From assembly GCA_977030845.1 (NCBI GenBank), contig OZ365112.1, forward strand, positions 10,354,001 to 10,418,000: a stretch of DNA of 64,000 nucleotides, in the 5' to 3' direction. This DNA comes from Fimbriosthenelais zetlandica. Taxonomy: Eukaryota. Positions 41,842-53,700 of this stretch are shown here, piece after piece. A program made the translations under genes and the position numbers. The notes beneath the pieces were generated by a model. It was not told where the DNA came from and made no database searches. It saw nothing but the letters and a program-made list of their open reading frames with translations. Numbering within the stretch: position 1 is the stretch's first letter; each line of letters begins with the position of its first letter.

Positions 41842-43410
41842 AGATGATCAAATATCGAAATTCCTACGCGGGGGCGTAGCTTTACCTTCAATGTCAAGAA
41901 GGGCATTTAGGTATCACAACACAGAATTGATACATGATCTGTTTCCAAGTCTCAGAGCTAGTATGGGGTTAACTGGTAGAAAATATCAGATTTTCCACGT
42001 CACCAAACGCATTTGTAACAAGAAATCAATATTCTCCCCAATAATGAGATAGAGGTGCATAAATTGTGATAGGAAAATTCAAAGGAATAAAAAGTAAATT
42101 TAATTCTTGGGGTTTGATTTGAGAATGGAGACAATTTGCATGGGAATATGGGCGGATGATTAAAGAGGACCTAGATATGAGGGTCGATCTATGGGCTTCT
42201 CTCACTCCCAACTTTCCAATATGAACATGGCTTCCTTGGAGCATTTCTATGGTTGTCACGCTCATGCTCCGCTTAGTTCACCTTGTTTGGTTATAAGCTA
42301 TTGCCCCATCTCCTCACTGGCAAATATGTTTCTCCATAGCAAACTAGAGTGGTGTATAGTAAGTAAAGTTTGAGGAAAATCTCCCGATATTTGACGAAAA
42401 CCATTACATTCAAGCATATAAATCCTTTCACTTCAGGTAAAAGTAGATTATTATATCGACCCATTGTCATTCACTTCAGGAAAAGTAAGGGATTTGTTAT
42501 TTTAATTTAAGAGTTGTGCAAGTCTAATTGGACCCTTGACTATTGATTTTTGAGCTGCTCCCAGCCATCTGTTTTACAATTTAACATTTATTTCTCTTTT
42601 ATTTAGCTTAACAACTAGAGCAATACTCCATCCATCCAATATTTCCTCCTACCAAATCCAACCAGCCTTGTCCTTTATCAAAAATATTATGCTGGAATTG
42701 GCTATGGTCGAGTTGGAGTAGCTGGACTGGAAGTGAGTTATACTTTTTTCACCCACTCCGAGTGAAGGCAATCAACATATCAAATTGATATCATAATAGG
42801 CCTGGCTTAGGGAATACGTTCAGCAAAGCAGCACCTGAAATAGAGTGGGACTGCTGGGAGATTCAACTTTCTTCCCATATATAGTCAATGTTATCAGCGC
42901 TATATTCTGTGACAGCTCGTGTCCAGAACTCCAAGTGATTCCCATATTCAGTCATCACGAGTTTCATAAGTATAGATATCCACGATTGGATTGCATTTAA
43001 GAAAGAATGGCAAAAAAGAGGTTTCTTGACCAAAATTCACAAAGAAAACTTTGTACAGTGCTAGGACTGGAATTCAATAAATCAATTCCCAAACTATTGC
43101 CAGTTCCATTGAGAGCATTCCAGCCGCGAAATACTTGGATTTATAGTTGAAAAACTTCAATATTGAATCTGAAAATCTGCAATCAATTCAGCAAATAGTC
43201 CTGCCAACTGTCTCGTGACTGGCTGAATGAATTTTTCAGTGGAGGTGACAGGCACAATTTGGGAGAAATAGCTCTCTCTAAAATGCCTTTCATACTCTTA
43301 CCTCGAGCTGTCAGGGATTGTGCGGTTGCTCAATTATTATTTGTGTTCACGAATGTCTGGCTACATGAAAAGAAGACTTCACTTTTCTATACACTTTGCA
43401 CATTTAGCGG

Positions 43411-43499
43411 AAGAGAGAGAGAGAGAGGGAGAGAGAGGGGGGAGAGAGAGTAGTCTGAGAGAGAAAGAGAGAGAGAGGGGGGGGGGGGGGAGAGTGAGA
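43411..43499. repeat. (GA)n microsatellite with poly-G
   Basis: Directly visible. Confidence 0.95.
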
Positions 43500-43740
43500 C
43501 GGGATGGAGGGTAGGAGGAAGCGATGGACATTTATGTAATGGAATATAACACCGAAATTGAATTGCAAACCATGGAGATAAGGCTCAAAGTGAATGGGGA
43601 ATTGTCCAAGTTGATAGAGACGCCACATTTGATCTACACACCTTGACTCAGTCAGATCCAAACACTATAATTGCCCTCGGATCCTCCGAGTCTGATAAAA
43701 GGTCATGGGTCACTAGTGCCCAATGAGATGGTCACCCGTT

Positions 43741-43782
43741 TGGCCGCCAGATGGCGACACTTACCACCGTCTCCATGGCAAC
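43741..43782. promoter_or_regulatory. CTCF-like motif abutting an RFX X-box
   Basis: TGGCCGCCAGATGGCGACA 43741-43759 fits the CC(A/G)(C/G)(C/T)AG(A/G)(T/G)GGC(A/G) core. GTCTCCATGGCAAC lies at 43769-43782. Confidence 0.6.
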
Positions 43783-46656
43783 CAGTAAAGCGAGCAAGCA
43801 TTTTATGGGAGAGGGAGCATTTGGGGAGTTAGTGAGAGAAAGATTGGTAGAAAAATAGCGAGCAATGATCCCAAAAATATTCCACGGGGGGCACAATCAA
43901 TACAATGACGGATATTTATTCCCTATTCACCAGCAATAATGCTGCGGATAGTTTCTTGGATTGCAGCGGCCAATATAAGTGAATGAACCTATCTGGGTAA
44001 TAAAAGAACATAATTTCGTTTAGGCCTAGTCCATAGATCTATACGACCATTCCATCAACTATAGAAATGGGCTTAATGTCCTGAATACAGATCAAAGTTA
44101 TATTATGAGGACATAACCCGTATATCAATAATATTATCACGATACTTTTGGGACAATCTGAGGACATGTAATCTGTTTGAATTATGATAGACTTGGGTAT
44201 AAGATGGATATTCGATATTACAAAAGACATAGGTGAATCAACCTTTACCCAGTTAGTGACCTTTATCACTATTAAGGTTTTAAATTCCCTGTTTCCACTA
44301 ATCTGAGCCAGAATGTGGAGAATTGAGCATTCCTGGCATGCTGAGTGTGTGTGGGTGTGCCAGGCGAGATGTTGTCCACACCCTGGGGTGGTTTGGGGTG
44401 AAAAGATTGATTAGATTAGAAAGAGATACAAAGAGAGAAAGAGAGATACACAGGGATAAAGGGAGACAACGAGGGAGAGATTGATAGCGACAGAATCTCA
44501 GCCAAATTAAGGTACAAATGTAATCACAAAAGACTAACCTGGTAGCAAATATAGAGGATTTACTTCTTTACCTTAGACGGATTAACAGAAGGAATTATTT
44601 CATGAATATATCAAAATTCCCAACATTCCTATCAAGAATGACATGTGATGGACACTGAATGAATGTAAAAAATGCACATTGACCAGAGTGAGCATGTGGC
44701 CTAGCTTGGGAAAAGGGCAATCTGCCAAAAACTACAGTAGTTCCTAGTAATGCGCCCAAACCTCGTATACATTCAACTAAGTCGTCATTTTCTATGACCC
44801 AGTGCCCCCGACATGTGTAATGGGGGAGCCATGCATGTGTAGGACCGATCATGGGGGAAGTGGGAGGGGGATGTGTGTGTGTGTGTGCATGCACACATGG
44901 AGCAGCTGGTAATGGTCAAGTTGGGCACTGATTGACCACTGAGACAACATGTGTCCACCTTGACACCTTACCAAATACACACACATGAGTGACCAGTGTT
45001 CAATATGCACAGGATATTAAAATTAATATAAACCAAATTTGCCAGATCAATGAAAAGGTGAAGTATGAGCAAATGATTCCAATCGAGTATTATAGTCCTG
45101 ACAAATAAATTTATAAGGGCATCGGTCCTGGGTAATCAGTGCAATACGGTACACTTTTATGTCCTTACAATGCATACCTATATCCTGTATGATCCATCGT
45201 TCATAGGCGACCCATGGATGGACAATTATGGCATAAGACATTAATATGATAAATTAGCATTGATGTAACTCAATGTCGGTCTTAGTATGATAGATAGGGA
45301 CAAATAGTAGGTCAGGATGTCCCGAACACTCAGTGGATCCTGACACGCGTTTAAAGACACCTGTCATAACAACAAAGTTATCATCTAATAAAATGTCACA
45401 ATATTAACAATAAAATGTCAGATAATTTAGTTTATATCTTAATAAACAAAGGTGAAAGACATCTGCAAGGGAGATATGGAAGCTGCAACAAAGTGGATGA
45501 TTACTGGTGGGAATTCTTAAGTTCGTGGCATTCAAGATGGGTGCCGAAATTTACAAGGGCATTAGAAATTAATGACACGTGATATTTGTAACAATTAATA
45601 ATAATAAAGGAACAGTCTCTCTAGAGAAATCTTAATCATTCTCAAGACAAAGGAAAGGTCTCAATTTCAAATTAATATTATCAATGTCAAATATGCGAAC
45701 ATTCATGATTCTACAATGATTCCTGAAATTGGTCATTGAAGATTTCTCATAAAATGCCAGGGACGTTTGGAGCTAAATTTGACCAAGGTACATTCCAAGG
45801 TATATATAGTTTACTTAGGGAGCATCTCTGCTATATTTTAACATAGGCAGTAGCAGTTGGTTGGAAGTAACAGGTGTGTTGGAGAGCATGATCTAATGAT
45901 GCACGAGCCATGCTGCCATACTTCTCCATTTAGATCTTTACTCATGAAAATCCCCTCAGAGCATCACTCGCAAACCTCATCCCTCCTCCTCATCCTCCCA
46001 GCTCCAACTCTGACTCATTTCAATTCCAAACAACACGACTGTTATTATAATTCAAAAAAAGGTCATGTTGGTTCCGACTCCGCCCCGGAGAAAACTGGGT
46101 TACCCTTGTTAACCAGTGAATACAATAGGAGGAGTGGATGGTGAATTGGTTTTTAATGGACTGAATTGATTACAGTGGTTGTAACCATATAAGGCAGGGG
46201 GATTACCTTGTTTTACCTGGGATTATTTTACTCAGTGGATACTGCAGTATACACAAGTGATCTGTTGCTATGGTGATAAGGGATTTTCCCACAATCGGAT
46301 TTCCGGATATTTTTGGAAAAGTTGGGGCTATTCTCGGTACGGTTTACGGACGTAAATTAATGATATATGTCAATGGGAATGGGAAAAATAACCTAACTGT
46401 TCCCACGGAGTAGGGAGTAGAGCACGGAAGAGGCTTAGGGACATGGATAGATTAGGCCTCACCTGAGCTACTCAGGGCATGGAAGGTGAGCAGAAGAGAA
46501 AAGGCCATGAGGACAAGAGATTTTCCTCCAGCACTAAAACCAATGTGTTCTACAAGGGGAAGGAGGGAAGTTGGCAAGGTGGGAGGTTCACACGCCGCTG
46601 GGCATTGGTAGGGATGCATTGGGAGGGAATAGTCTATCACGGAGCAATGCACTCAC

Positions 46657-46900
46657 CATTCTAGGTTTCTTCAACTGATTCTCTTCCTCCTGCTCATTCT
46701 TCTATGGATGCTCCTAGGAGTTCCGAGCTCCTCTTCTTCTTGGCCTTCTTCCCCCAGCATTGCCAAGAGCGTGTGTGAGCACGTGGTGGGAAGGAAGAGC
46801 AGCTCCTGTACGAGCAGTTGTGAGTTGGTTGGCTGGTTGGTGTTGTTCAGTCACACCACTGTTTTAACATCTCAAATGGAGGTGGCTGTTTAAAAGGCCA
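46657..46900 (-). other. Candidate first exon of a minus-strand transcript ending in ATG|gtgagt
   Basis: ATG at 46659-46657 is immediately followed by gtgagt. The upstream sequence is purine-rich and UTR-like, with an in-frame stop. The 5' end coordinate is approximate. Confidence 0.3.
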
Positions 46901-47797
46901 GCTCATGCCATCCATTCATTTATCATAACGCTAATGTTGGAGTGATTGGTCCCAGAGTGTATGGAGCAGTCACCAAGAGCATTTCCAGATGCATTCAGAA
47001 CAATTTTCTCTGAACATTTTTGCTTCTTGTGAAGACGGAGATGAGCTTTTCTCTCTCAGCTCCTCCTGTGGGGTCCACTTGTGTGTGAATGCCTCCCACC
47101 CCATCTCCTGCCTCCTCCTCTCCTCCTCCTCTGCCTCCCCACATCATTTGCCCCGGTGAAGCTGGGAGTGGCAGAGGGAAAGGAGGGAGAGAATGCGCGT
47201 GAGAGAGCACCAGAGAGAAGGGGGTGAAGCTTGGTAGAGGAGGGAGTGGCTTCAGTATTACGGTCAACACTGCCATGAGAAGAAGCGAGTAGCTGCTCGA
47301 GTAGCAGGAGCTACTCTTATTGCCTTGAGGCTGGGGAATTTCCTGAGGCATCAAGCAAGATAGTATGGAATAGAGACAGTGGAAGTGAGCAAAAGGAACA
47401 CTGGAGCTCATGCATATGTTGGGAATCAAGACATATGCTTGTAACAGGGATATACTTGTAAACTATAGAGGTGTTGGGATCCATATATTTCCCCATCACA
47501 TCTTGGATGATCTAGTTTGAGAAACGGAGGGGGAATACCATATACTATAGAGCACCCAGATGCCATGGTGGTCAGGGGAGAGTATCAGTTTCCATGGAGA
47601 TAAGTGTTGTGAACTTTCTAAACACTTTCCCAGGCTGACATGTATCCATGGGAGACTAGCACCAGCCATGTTCTAAGCACGTGTTGAAAGTCTAGAGGGA
47701 AAGTATAGTGGCTTAGTGGTGGGTCATCTATGAACACAAAGGCCAGTCGTTGATAAGGATGTGCCAAGTGTAGTTTGAACACCACATACATCAGTGT

Positions 47798-49834
47798 ATG
47801 AATGGGTCAAATCCCCGCATGGTTTATAAGGTCGCCATGGAGGAAGAGGCTGGAGGTAGGAGGTGCACGGGGAGGAGAAGTAGGAGGGGAGAAGAAAATC
47901 TTCCCCACTTCCCAGTGCCTTACCCACCACCAAAACCACAGGGAACAATAACAGTACCTGAACCCCTGCTAGTGCCCACACCAACCATATGGGTGCACCC
48001 ATGGACTGGCAGGACTTCCAATAGTGAAAGCAACTTAACGAGGAAGCGAAAGGGACTATGTAGCAATATAGAAAGTATGGGACTGATAAATGAAAGTGTA
48101 ATAGGTTGTAATGTTTATAGAAAAAGAACAAGAAACGACAAGGTTTTGGGTATCAATTGTGAAAGACAAGCCATGAAGGAATTATGTTCTGAGAATTTAA
48201 GCCACAGAACCAGGACTAAATGTTCCAGAAGTTGGAAGAGAAAGGTGGAGAGATTTTTGTATGACAAAAGCATGTGGTCAATGTGGATTGTTCTTTTCAT
48301 GGTGTTTGTTCACTTTGACTTTTGCAGAGGTGCGCCTGTGACTGTATCCTGGACAACTGACGACTCCACCACTGACCCTGGAGGAGGTGGAGTTGGTGGG
48401 CCTTCAATAACCACTGGAGTAATAGTAAGGGATGTAACAGCTGGAGAGACAAGCTGGACACAGGAGGAGGAGAAGAGTCCACCAAGTGACAAGAGGAGTA
48501 ATAGCAGTATCATCCGGACCGATCCTGGAGGAGTTGACACCTTTCCTGGCCCTTCTCCAGGTCAGAAATCATCCCAGTCCGCGGAGAGTGCCAAACAAGT
48601 GAGTCGTCCGCAGGATGACAATGGTAAGAGTCAGACTCGGAATACCCACCTTATAAGTGAGAATATACCTACATATGCTGTTAAAAGTGGAGGTCTTATA
48701 GATGAAGTGGGAGGTGTTGAAGGGGATTCTAATGAGTATCATCACCTGCCGTTTGTTCAATCACGCCCACCTGGAGTAAGTGCAGACCTCCAGGTGCTAC
48801 CTGAAGTCACCAATACCACTCATGGTCCTCGCCATACTGACGACCAGGAGTCACTGACAACCCAAGCACCACCCCTCAGTCATAGTGATATACAAAATCT
48901 AGATATAAATAATGATAATAATCTTGGTGATCATACTGTATCTGTTCACCCAGACCTATCTACTCAGGATATCACCTCGCTGCCATTCCGTGGTTCACAC
49001 GGTGGATTATTACTACCAGAAGATGTCGGTGTTACCCACGGTGGTGTCTCAGTGGAGAATAGTGACTACCACAGGAATCTAAGTGTCGATCCTAGTCATT
49101 TAGGATCTACTGTGATAATACCAGTACCGCAGCGTGATTCAACAGTGCTTGCTAATCTTGATGAAATCACAACCTCAGGTAACGTCGGAGAAGCAGAGGA
49201 CCCAGGTGTGTTTATTCCAATACTGAATCCTTCAGTGACTGCCTCAAGTGATAAAGAAAAGCCCATTCATAATCGAGATGAGATTTCAATACCACCAACG
49301 TATGACAGAGATCCTAAGCTCGAGTCGTTACCAGGAGGTGGTGACAATCGTCAGGCCGGTGGAATCCTTCTGACGACGATGATCAATGTCGTTGATAGGT
49401 CGGAAGGAAGCACCCCTAAGACAGTAGTCAACCAGCTGGATGGTTTTGATGTAGGCAGTCTTCAGTTTGATCTGAAGGACATCATTCTGGCTGTTTGTGG
49501 CACGGTAGCGTGCATGTTCACACTCTGTATGTTGGTCACGTTTACACGCTGCTGCTGCAAAAAACCCAAGGAGGACAGCGATGAGGAGCAACAGCCTCAA
49601 AGTGTCTCCCAGCCTTCCAAGTCGCTGTGGAAGCGGTCCTGGAAACGGCCGCTCGATTCCACAGCGACCACTCACACACAGGAAAGTTCGACGTCGGAAA
49701 ATATCACTCAGGTGACGATAGAACGGCGGGAAAGTTACAGAGATGACAGAGATAGTGGAGAAAGTTCAGATGATGAGGAAGGTGGATTTACCTGTGGTCG
49801 GGCGTCAAGGAACACAGATACATCGAAAAGGTAA
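47798..49834 (+). CDS. Large exon of an unrecognised membrane protein: hydrophobic signal/anchor, S/T/P/D-rich mucin-like ectodomain, TM helix, CCC/basic juxtamembrane motif, start of acidic tail
   Basis: 678-codon ORF, by far the longest in the window. Hydrophobic segment MWSMWIVLFMVFVHFDFCRG at 48272-48331. TM IILAVCGTVACMFTLCMLVTF at 49481-49543, followed by TRCCCKKPK. Sequons NSS, NTT and NLS lie between the two. Strong Kozak context gccATGg at 47837. The ORF ends at AAAAG|gtaata (donor after 49830, phase 2), so the stop at 49832-49834 lies in the intron of the spliced isoform. Confidence 0.9.
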   Translation: MNGSNPRMVYKVAMEEEAGGRRCTGRRSRRGEENLPHFPVPYPPPKPQGTITVPEPLLVPTPTIWVHPWTGRTSNSESNLTRKRKGLCSNIESMGLINESVIGCNVYRKRTRNDKVLGINCERQAMKELCSENLSHRTRTKCSRSWKRKVERFLYDKSMWSMWIVLFMVFVHFDFCRGAPVTVSWTTDDSTTDPGGGGVGGPSITTGVIVRDVTAGETSWTQEEEKSPPSDKRSNSSIIRTDPGGVDTFPGPSPGQKSSQSAESAKQVSRPQDDNGKSQTRNTHLISENIPTYAVKSGGLIDEVGGVEGDSNEYHHLPFVQSRPPGVSADLQVLPEVTNTTHGPRHTDDQESLTTQAPPLSHSDIQNLDINNDNNLGDHTVSVHPDLSTQDITSLPFRGSHGGLLLPEDVGVTHGGVSVENSDYHRNLSVDPSHLGSTVIIPVPQRDSTVLANLDEITTSGNVGEAEDPGVFIPILNPSVTASSDKEKPIHNRDEISIPPTYDRDPKLESLPGGGDNRQAGGILLTTMINVVDRSEGSTPKTVVNQLDGFDVGSLQFDLKDIILAVCGTVACMFTLCMLVTFTRCCCKKPKEDSDEEQQPQSVSQPSKSLWKRSWKRPLDSTATTHTQESSTSENITQVTIERRESYRDDRDSGESSDDEEGGFTCGRASRNTDTSKR

Positions 49835-49868
49835 TATCCCAGTTATACCATCATATAATATAAAATGA

Positions 49869-49874
49869 AATAAA
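49869..49874 (+). terminator. AATAAA polyadenylation signal 35 nt after the stop of the unspliced ORF
   Basis: Canonical hexamer directly downstream of TAA 49832-49834. The region is AT-rich, so a chance occurrence is possible. Confidence 0.4.
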
Positions 49875-50455
49875 TAATCTAATCGAAAGGTTTAAGAAAA
49901 TAATTAATAACATCTTAGAAAGTGTATGCATGTACAAAAGTTGTTTCCTTCTGGATTAACTTAAATTGGAAGGTGAAATTTCAGCAATTACATTTTAATT
50001 AACAATTAAGACATTCAAGCCTGGATGAGGAGTACTCGAAGCTTGTCCTAATGCATAATTTGTCTCTCATTCATTTTGATAGAGCCCTCAAGGCCTGCTC
50101 TCTATTTGACGTGGGAGAAAAATGATAATCATATTTCTCCAGTCATCAGCAAAATCATTGAGCAGCAAGCGTTGTTTTTGTCTAATCAGTGTGTAATCAG
50201 GGCCAACAATACAGGACAATCACATGTAGATTTCCTCACTTCACACACGTGGAAAATGTCCCAGTAATTCCCTGTCCTTACACCATTATAGACAGATATA
50301 TTGATTCACATTCAGTCCTCGGATGGACTCAACATGAACAATCAAGTGTTTTTTTGTATTTGGAGGTTTGTACATGTATAGCACAGCCCAGTACTTAATA
50401 CTGGAGAGTATTATTGGTATTTGTCATACAGTTAAGTCCTTTAAGTTTTTAAAAG

Positions 50456-50708
50456 AACTCATGAGGAATCAGGGGATATTGGCAGAGAGGAAAGACCTCA
50501 CAGAGCTGGGAAGAAATGGACAAGTGGAAGAAAGGGAGAAACTCAACAGACTCAATGTTATGTTACAAACAGGATTCTTGGTAAATGGAAAGAAGTGACG
50601 TATGTAGATAGAAATCAAGAGGAAATTAGAAGTAAACAAGATAATGATGAAGATAGCATGAGAGAGGAATCACAGCCAGGCAGTGGTAAACATGGGGTGG
50701 TGGTTTAG
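50456..50708 (+). CDS. Candidate alternative terminal exon for the 49830 donor: R-THEESGDIGREERPHRAGKKW...DEDSMREESQPGSGKHGVVV*
   Basis: Acceptor ctttaagtttttaaaag. 83 open codons in the required phase 2 (missed by the Met-based ORF track). Purine-rich, charged composition like the tail. Confidence 0.45.
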
Positions 50709-53700
50709 TGGGACAAGCAGGGGGAAGTGAGGGAGGGCTGCTATTAACAAGATTATGATGCAAGACGGTGGTAAGAATCAATATTCTCTTGTTGCGGCAT
50801 GGCAAGCAATTTATCCTGGTAGCTTCTCCCATTCTTCTGTCCATCATTTGACAACACAGGCGTGCCCAGGTCACATCTCCTGACGGAAGGAAAAATCCTA
50901 GCACCTCCAGAGAAACATCAATGTACAATCAGAGAGACCTCAGCTGTGCCTCCTGTACCCAGCATGTAGCCACTACACTATGCTGACTTAATTGGCAATT
51001 AGTCCAGATTCACTTTTACAATTATCATGCCGATCAAGAAGAAATGAAATACCTTTTGCCTATTAATTAAATCATTAAGACAGACTTAAACCAATGTCAC
51101 GTCCCTTATGGAATTCCCAATGTGACTATATCTTAGCAAATGTCAGATGCAATATTTAAAGCTCATGTTCCCGCAATATGCCACATAAGCCTTAAACAAA
51201 GCAATGCCCTTTGAAAGTCTATAAAACATTTAGTATTCAAGATCAAATATTTACTTTACAATTATAAGGAAATTAAGAGAAGATTGAGCTTGTACTGCCA
51301 AATATTCATTATTGAGTCTGCAGCTACCCACTTCCGCTCGCAATGACTGATGGGGCCAAGCTGCCATTTTGGCGGAAGTGAGGTTGCAAAAAAAAATAGG
51401 AGAAGGGTTATGCATCTCTTTCCATGGGCCAGATGCAACATGCTCTCTCCCAACCCAGCTGTATCCTTCAATGCTTCAACTGAAAGAACACTTGGCCAAA
51501 AACACTCAAAAGGGAACAGAAGCTTTGTAGGCTTGAAGATCAACATTTTGCTTGGCGCGAATGGCTACTTTAGTTTAACCAATGGGCCTAATTTTGAAGG
51601 GGCAGATGTACAAATATACGGAGGCCTTTTTCACCTTGTTTTCTTGAGTCCTACAGCACTCCAGCTGGCACCCGAGGTACTGAGACATGGGTAGGATGGT
51701 AGGATAAAGACACAAAACCTTTCCCCAGGTGGGCTTCTTGTTGCTTGTTCACACAGAAAGAGGGAAAAGCAAAGAATGGGGGATGGTATTTGTAAACCAA
51801 AAGGCTGGAAAGGAGTGGAAGAAGGGGGGAATTTAGGCCATGGATTGTGTGGGGATGGGGAAGAGCAGGGGGAGGAGGGGAGTAAATCAAATCATACGCA
51901 TGTGAAGTGAGGGGTGGGTGTGGGGTACCCGTCTCTACACACAGGGGGATTCCACCCCCTCCTAGAAATACCTCCAGGGTTTCAACTCCATGGAAAGTGA
52001 TGGTGGGTAGATGGGTTTGCTTCCTCAATGCATGAAGATGAAAAAATGACTGGTGGTTTGAATGGGAGTGGATGAACCCACCAAGCCGACATACCAGTTG
52101 ATTTTAAATGGCCAGCATGATATAAAATAGACCCCATTTATATGGCCATCTATTTGAAATTGGTTTGTTTTGATGTAAAAATATTGCTCTGGATCAAGAG
52201 AGATCGGCCAAGTTTTGCTTTTGTTGACGTTAGGCTTCTGGGGCAGGGACCACTCCCTCTTTCTCCTTAATCTCTGGAAGGCCCTATCTCTGCCTAACAC
52301 AGGACGGATGGGTCGTGGATACAGGCAGTCAGTGGGACCCACATTCCTGCCGGGTTGGGGGCTCAGTAGGGAGACACGTGTGATAATCTTATCTCTGATT
52401 GCACAAGGAAAACATCAGGCCTTCACGCCCAGCAGAGGAGATGTGGGAGGGGAGAGGGACCTCTTCAGCATCTTCCAGTGGGCAAGAGAAGAAATAGTGA
52501 CCTGTCTATATACTGCCCCTCCTGTCTATATACCGTCCCTGTCCATATATTCTCTACTATGTCAAAGAGTTTATAGTAGTAGAAGCTATTTGACTATGCT
52601 CCTGTCCGTAAATTATGTCCCTAACCGCATATTATTTTCCACTCAGTGTCCGGAGGAGTCACTTGTATCACTTATGGATAATTGGTAATCGTTGATCATT
52701 ATTGGTAATCACTCGGACCACAAACATTTCAGGCCATCAACTGCCCACCTCCTGTCTTAATCAATTGTTAATTAAAGAAAATGAGGAGAAAATGAAAACC
52801 TGTCACATTAGTGTCCGACTCATTGAATGGCCATCATTGACCATTACCATGTGAATTCTTTAATTACTAAAACAAAACAAAAACCTGATACAAGCCTAAT
52901 GTAGATGAGCATGGCTGAGAATATCCGATAGACTACACCCACCCCCGCCAGACACCAATAGGACCTGTGCTGGTAGTAGTCCTGCCACTTACAATATGGC
53001 AGCATGGCACGCTTTGTAAATGTAACCTTGCCTAGCAAACCTGACCTGCATAAATGTCTGGACGGGTATGGGTTCATGTTAGCATATATAAATATGTTTG
53101 CTATCTGCCAGGCATAGGGAATAGGACGGGGAAGTGTTATATTTCATATTCAACTGGAATATCACAGATGTGTGCCTGTTGCAATTTGAGCCAGAAAAAA
53201 ACCAGACAACAAAAGACGATTTTTTCCTTCAGCTTGAATTTCTTCACTTGAGCTCTTTGAACATGGGCCATGTTCATGAATGAAGATGTATGATATGGAA
53301 GGGTGTGATGTGGGATCTTTCGTCCTATACTACTACTCATCAGAAAACAAATTACTCCAGTTAATCAGAGCTGATGGAACGGTGGTGGGCACTCATCAAG
53401 GAGATTGTATGAGGTTTAGTAGATAGAGATAAGAGGGGGGTTAGAAACCCAAGACTTGGCCTATAGAGTTGCTCGTTACTTCACACGCTCGCCCCTCTCA
53501 GGGGTTCTGTCTCCAATTTCATGGTAATGACCCTGTTTTAGGTTAAAATATGCCATAACTGTCGAACCAATACAGTGCCAGACAGTCTCCTATGCGTGGT
53601 GGAAAGGTATGGGAGAAGAGGTGCATGAACAGGAAGGAAGAGATAAGGATTTTTTTGTAGTGGAGTTTCTCATTGTGACTCTGTGTGAATGGCATTTGTG

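Noticed and set aside
43765-43776. Minus-strand first exon METV|gtaagt
   Set aside because: The ATG is the core of an X-box and the donor abuts a CTCF-like motif, so the regulatory reading explains the sequence. Kept only as a remote possibility.
47724-49675. Minus-strand ORFs overlapping the large exon
   Set aside because: They are antisense shadows of the real coding frame.
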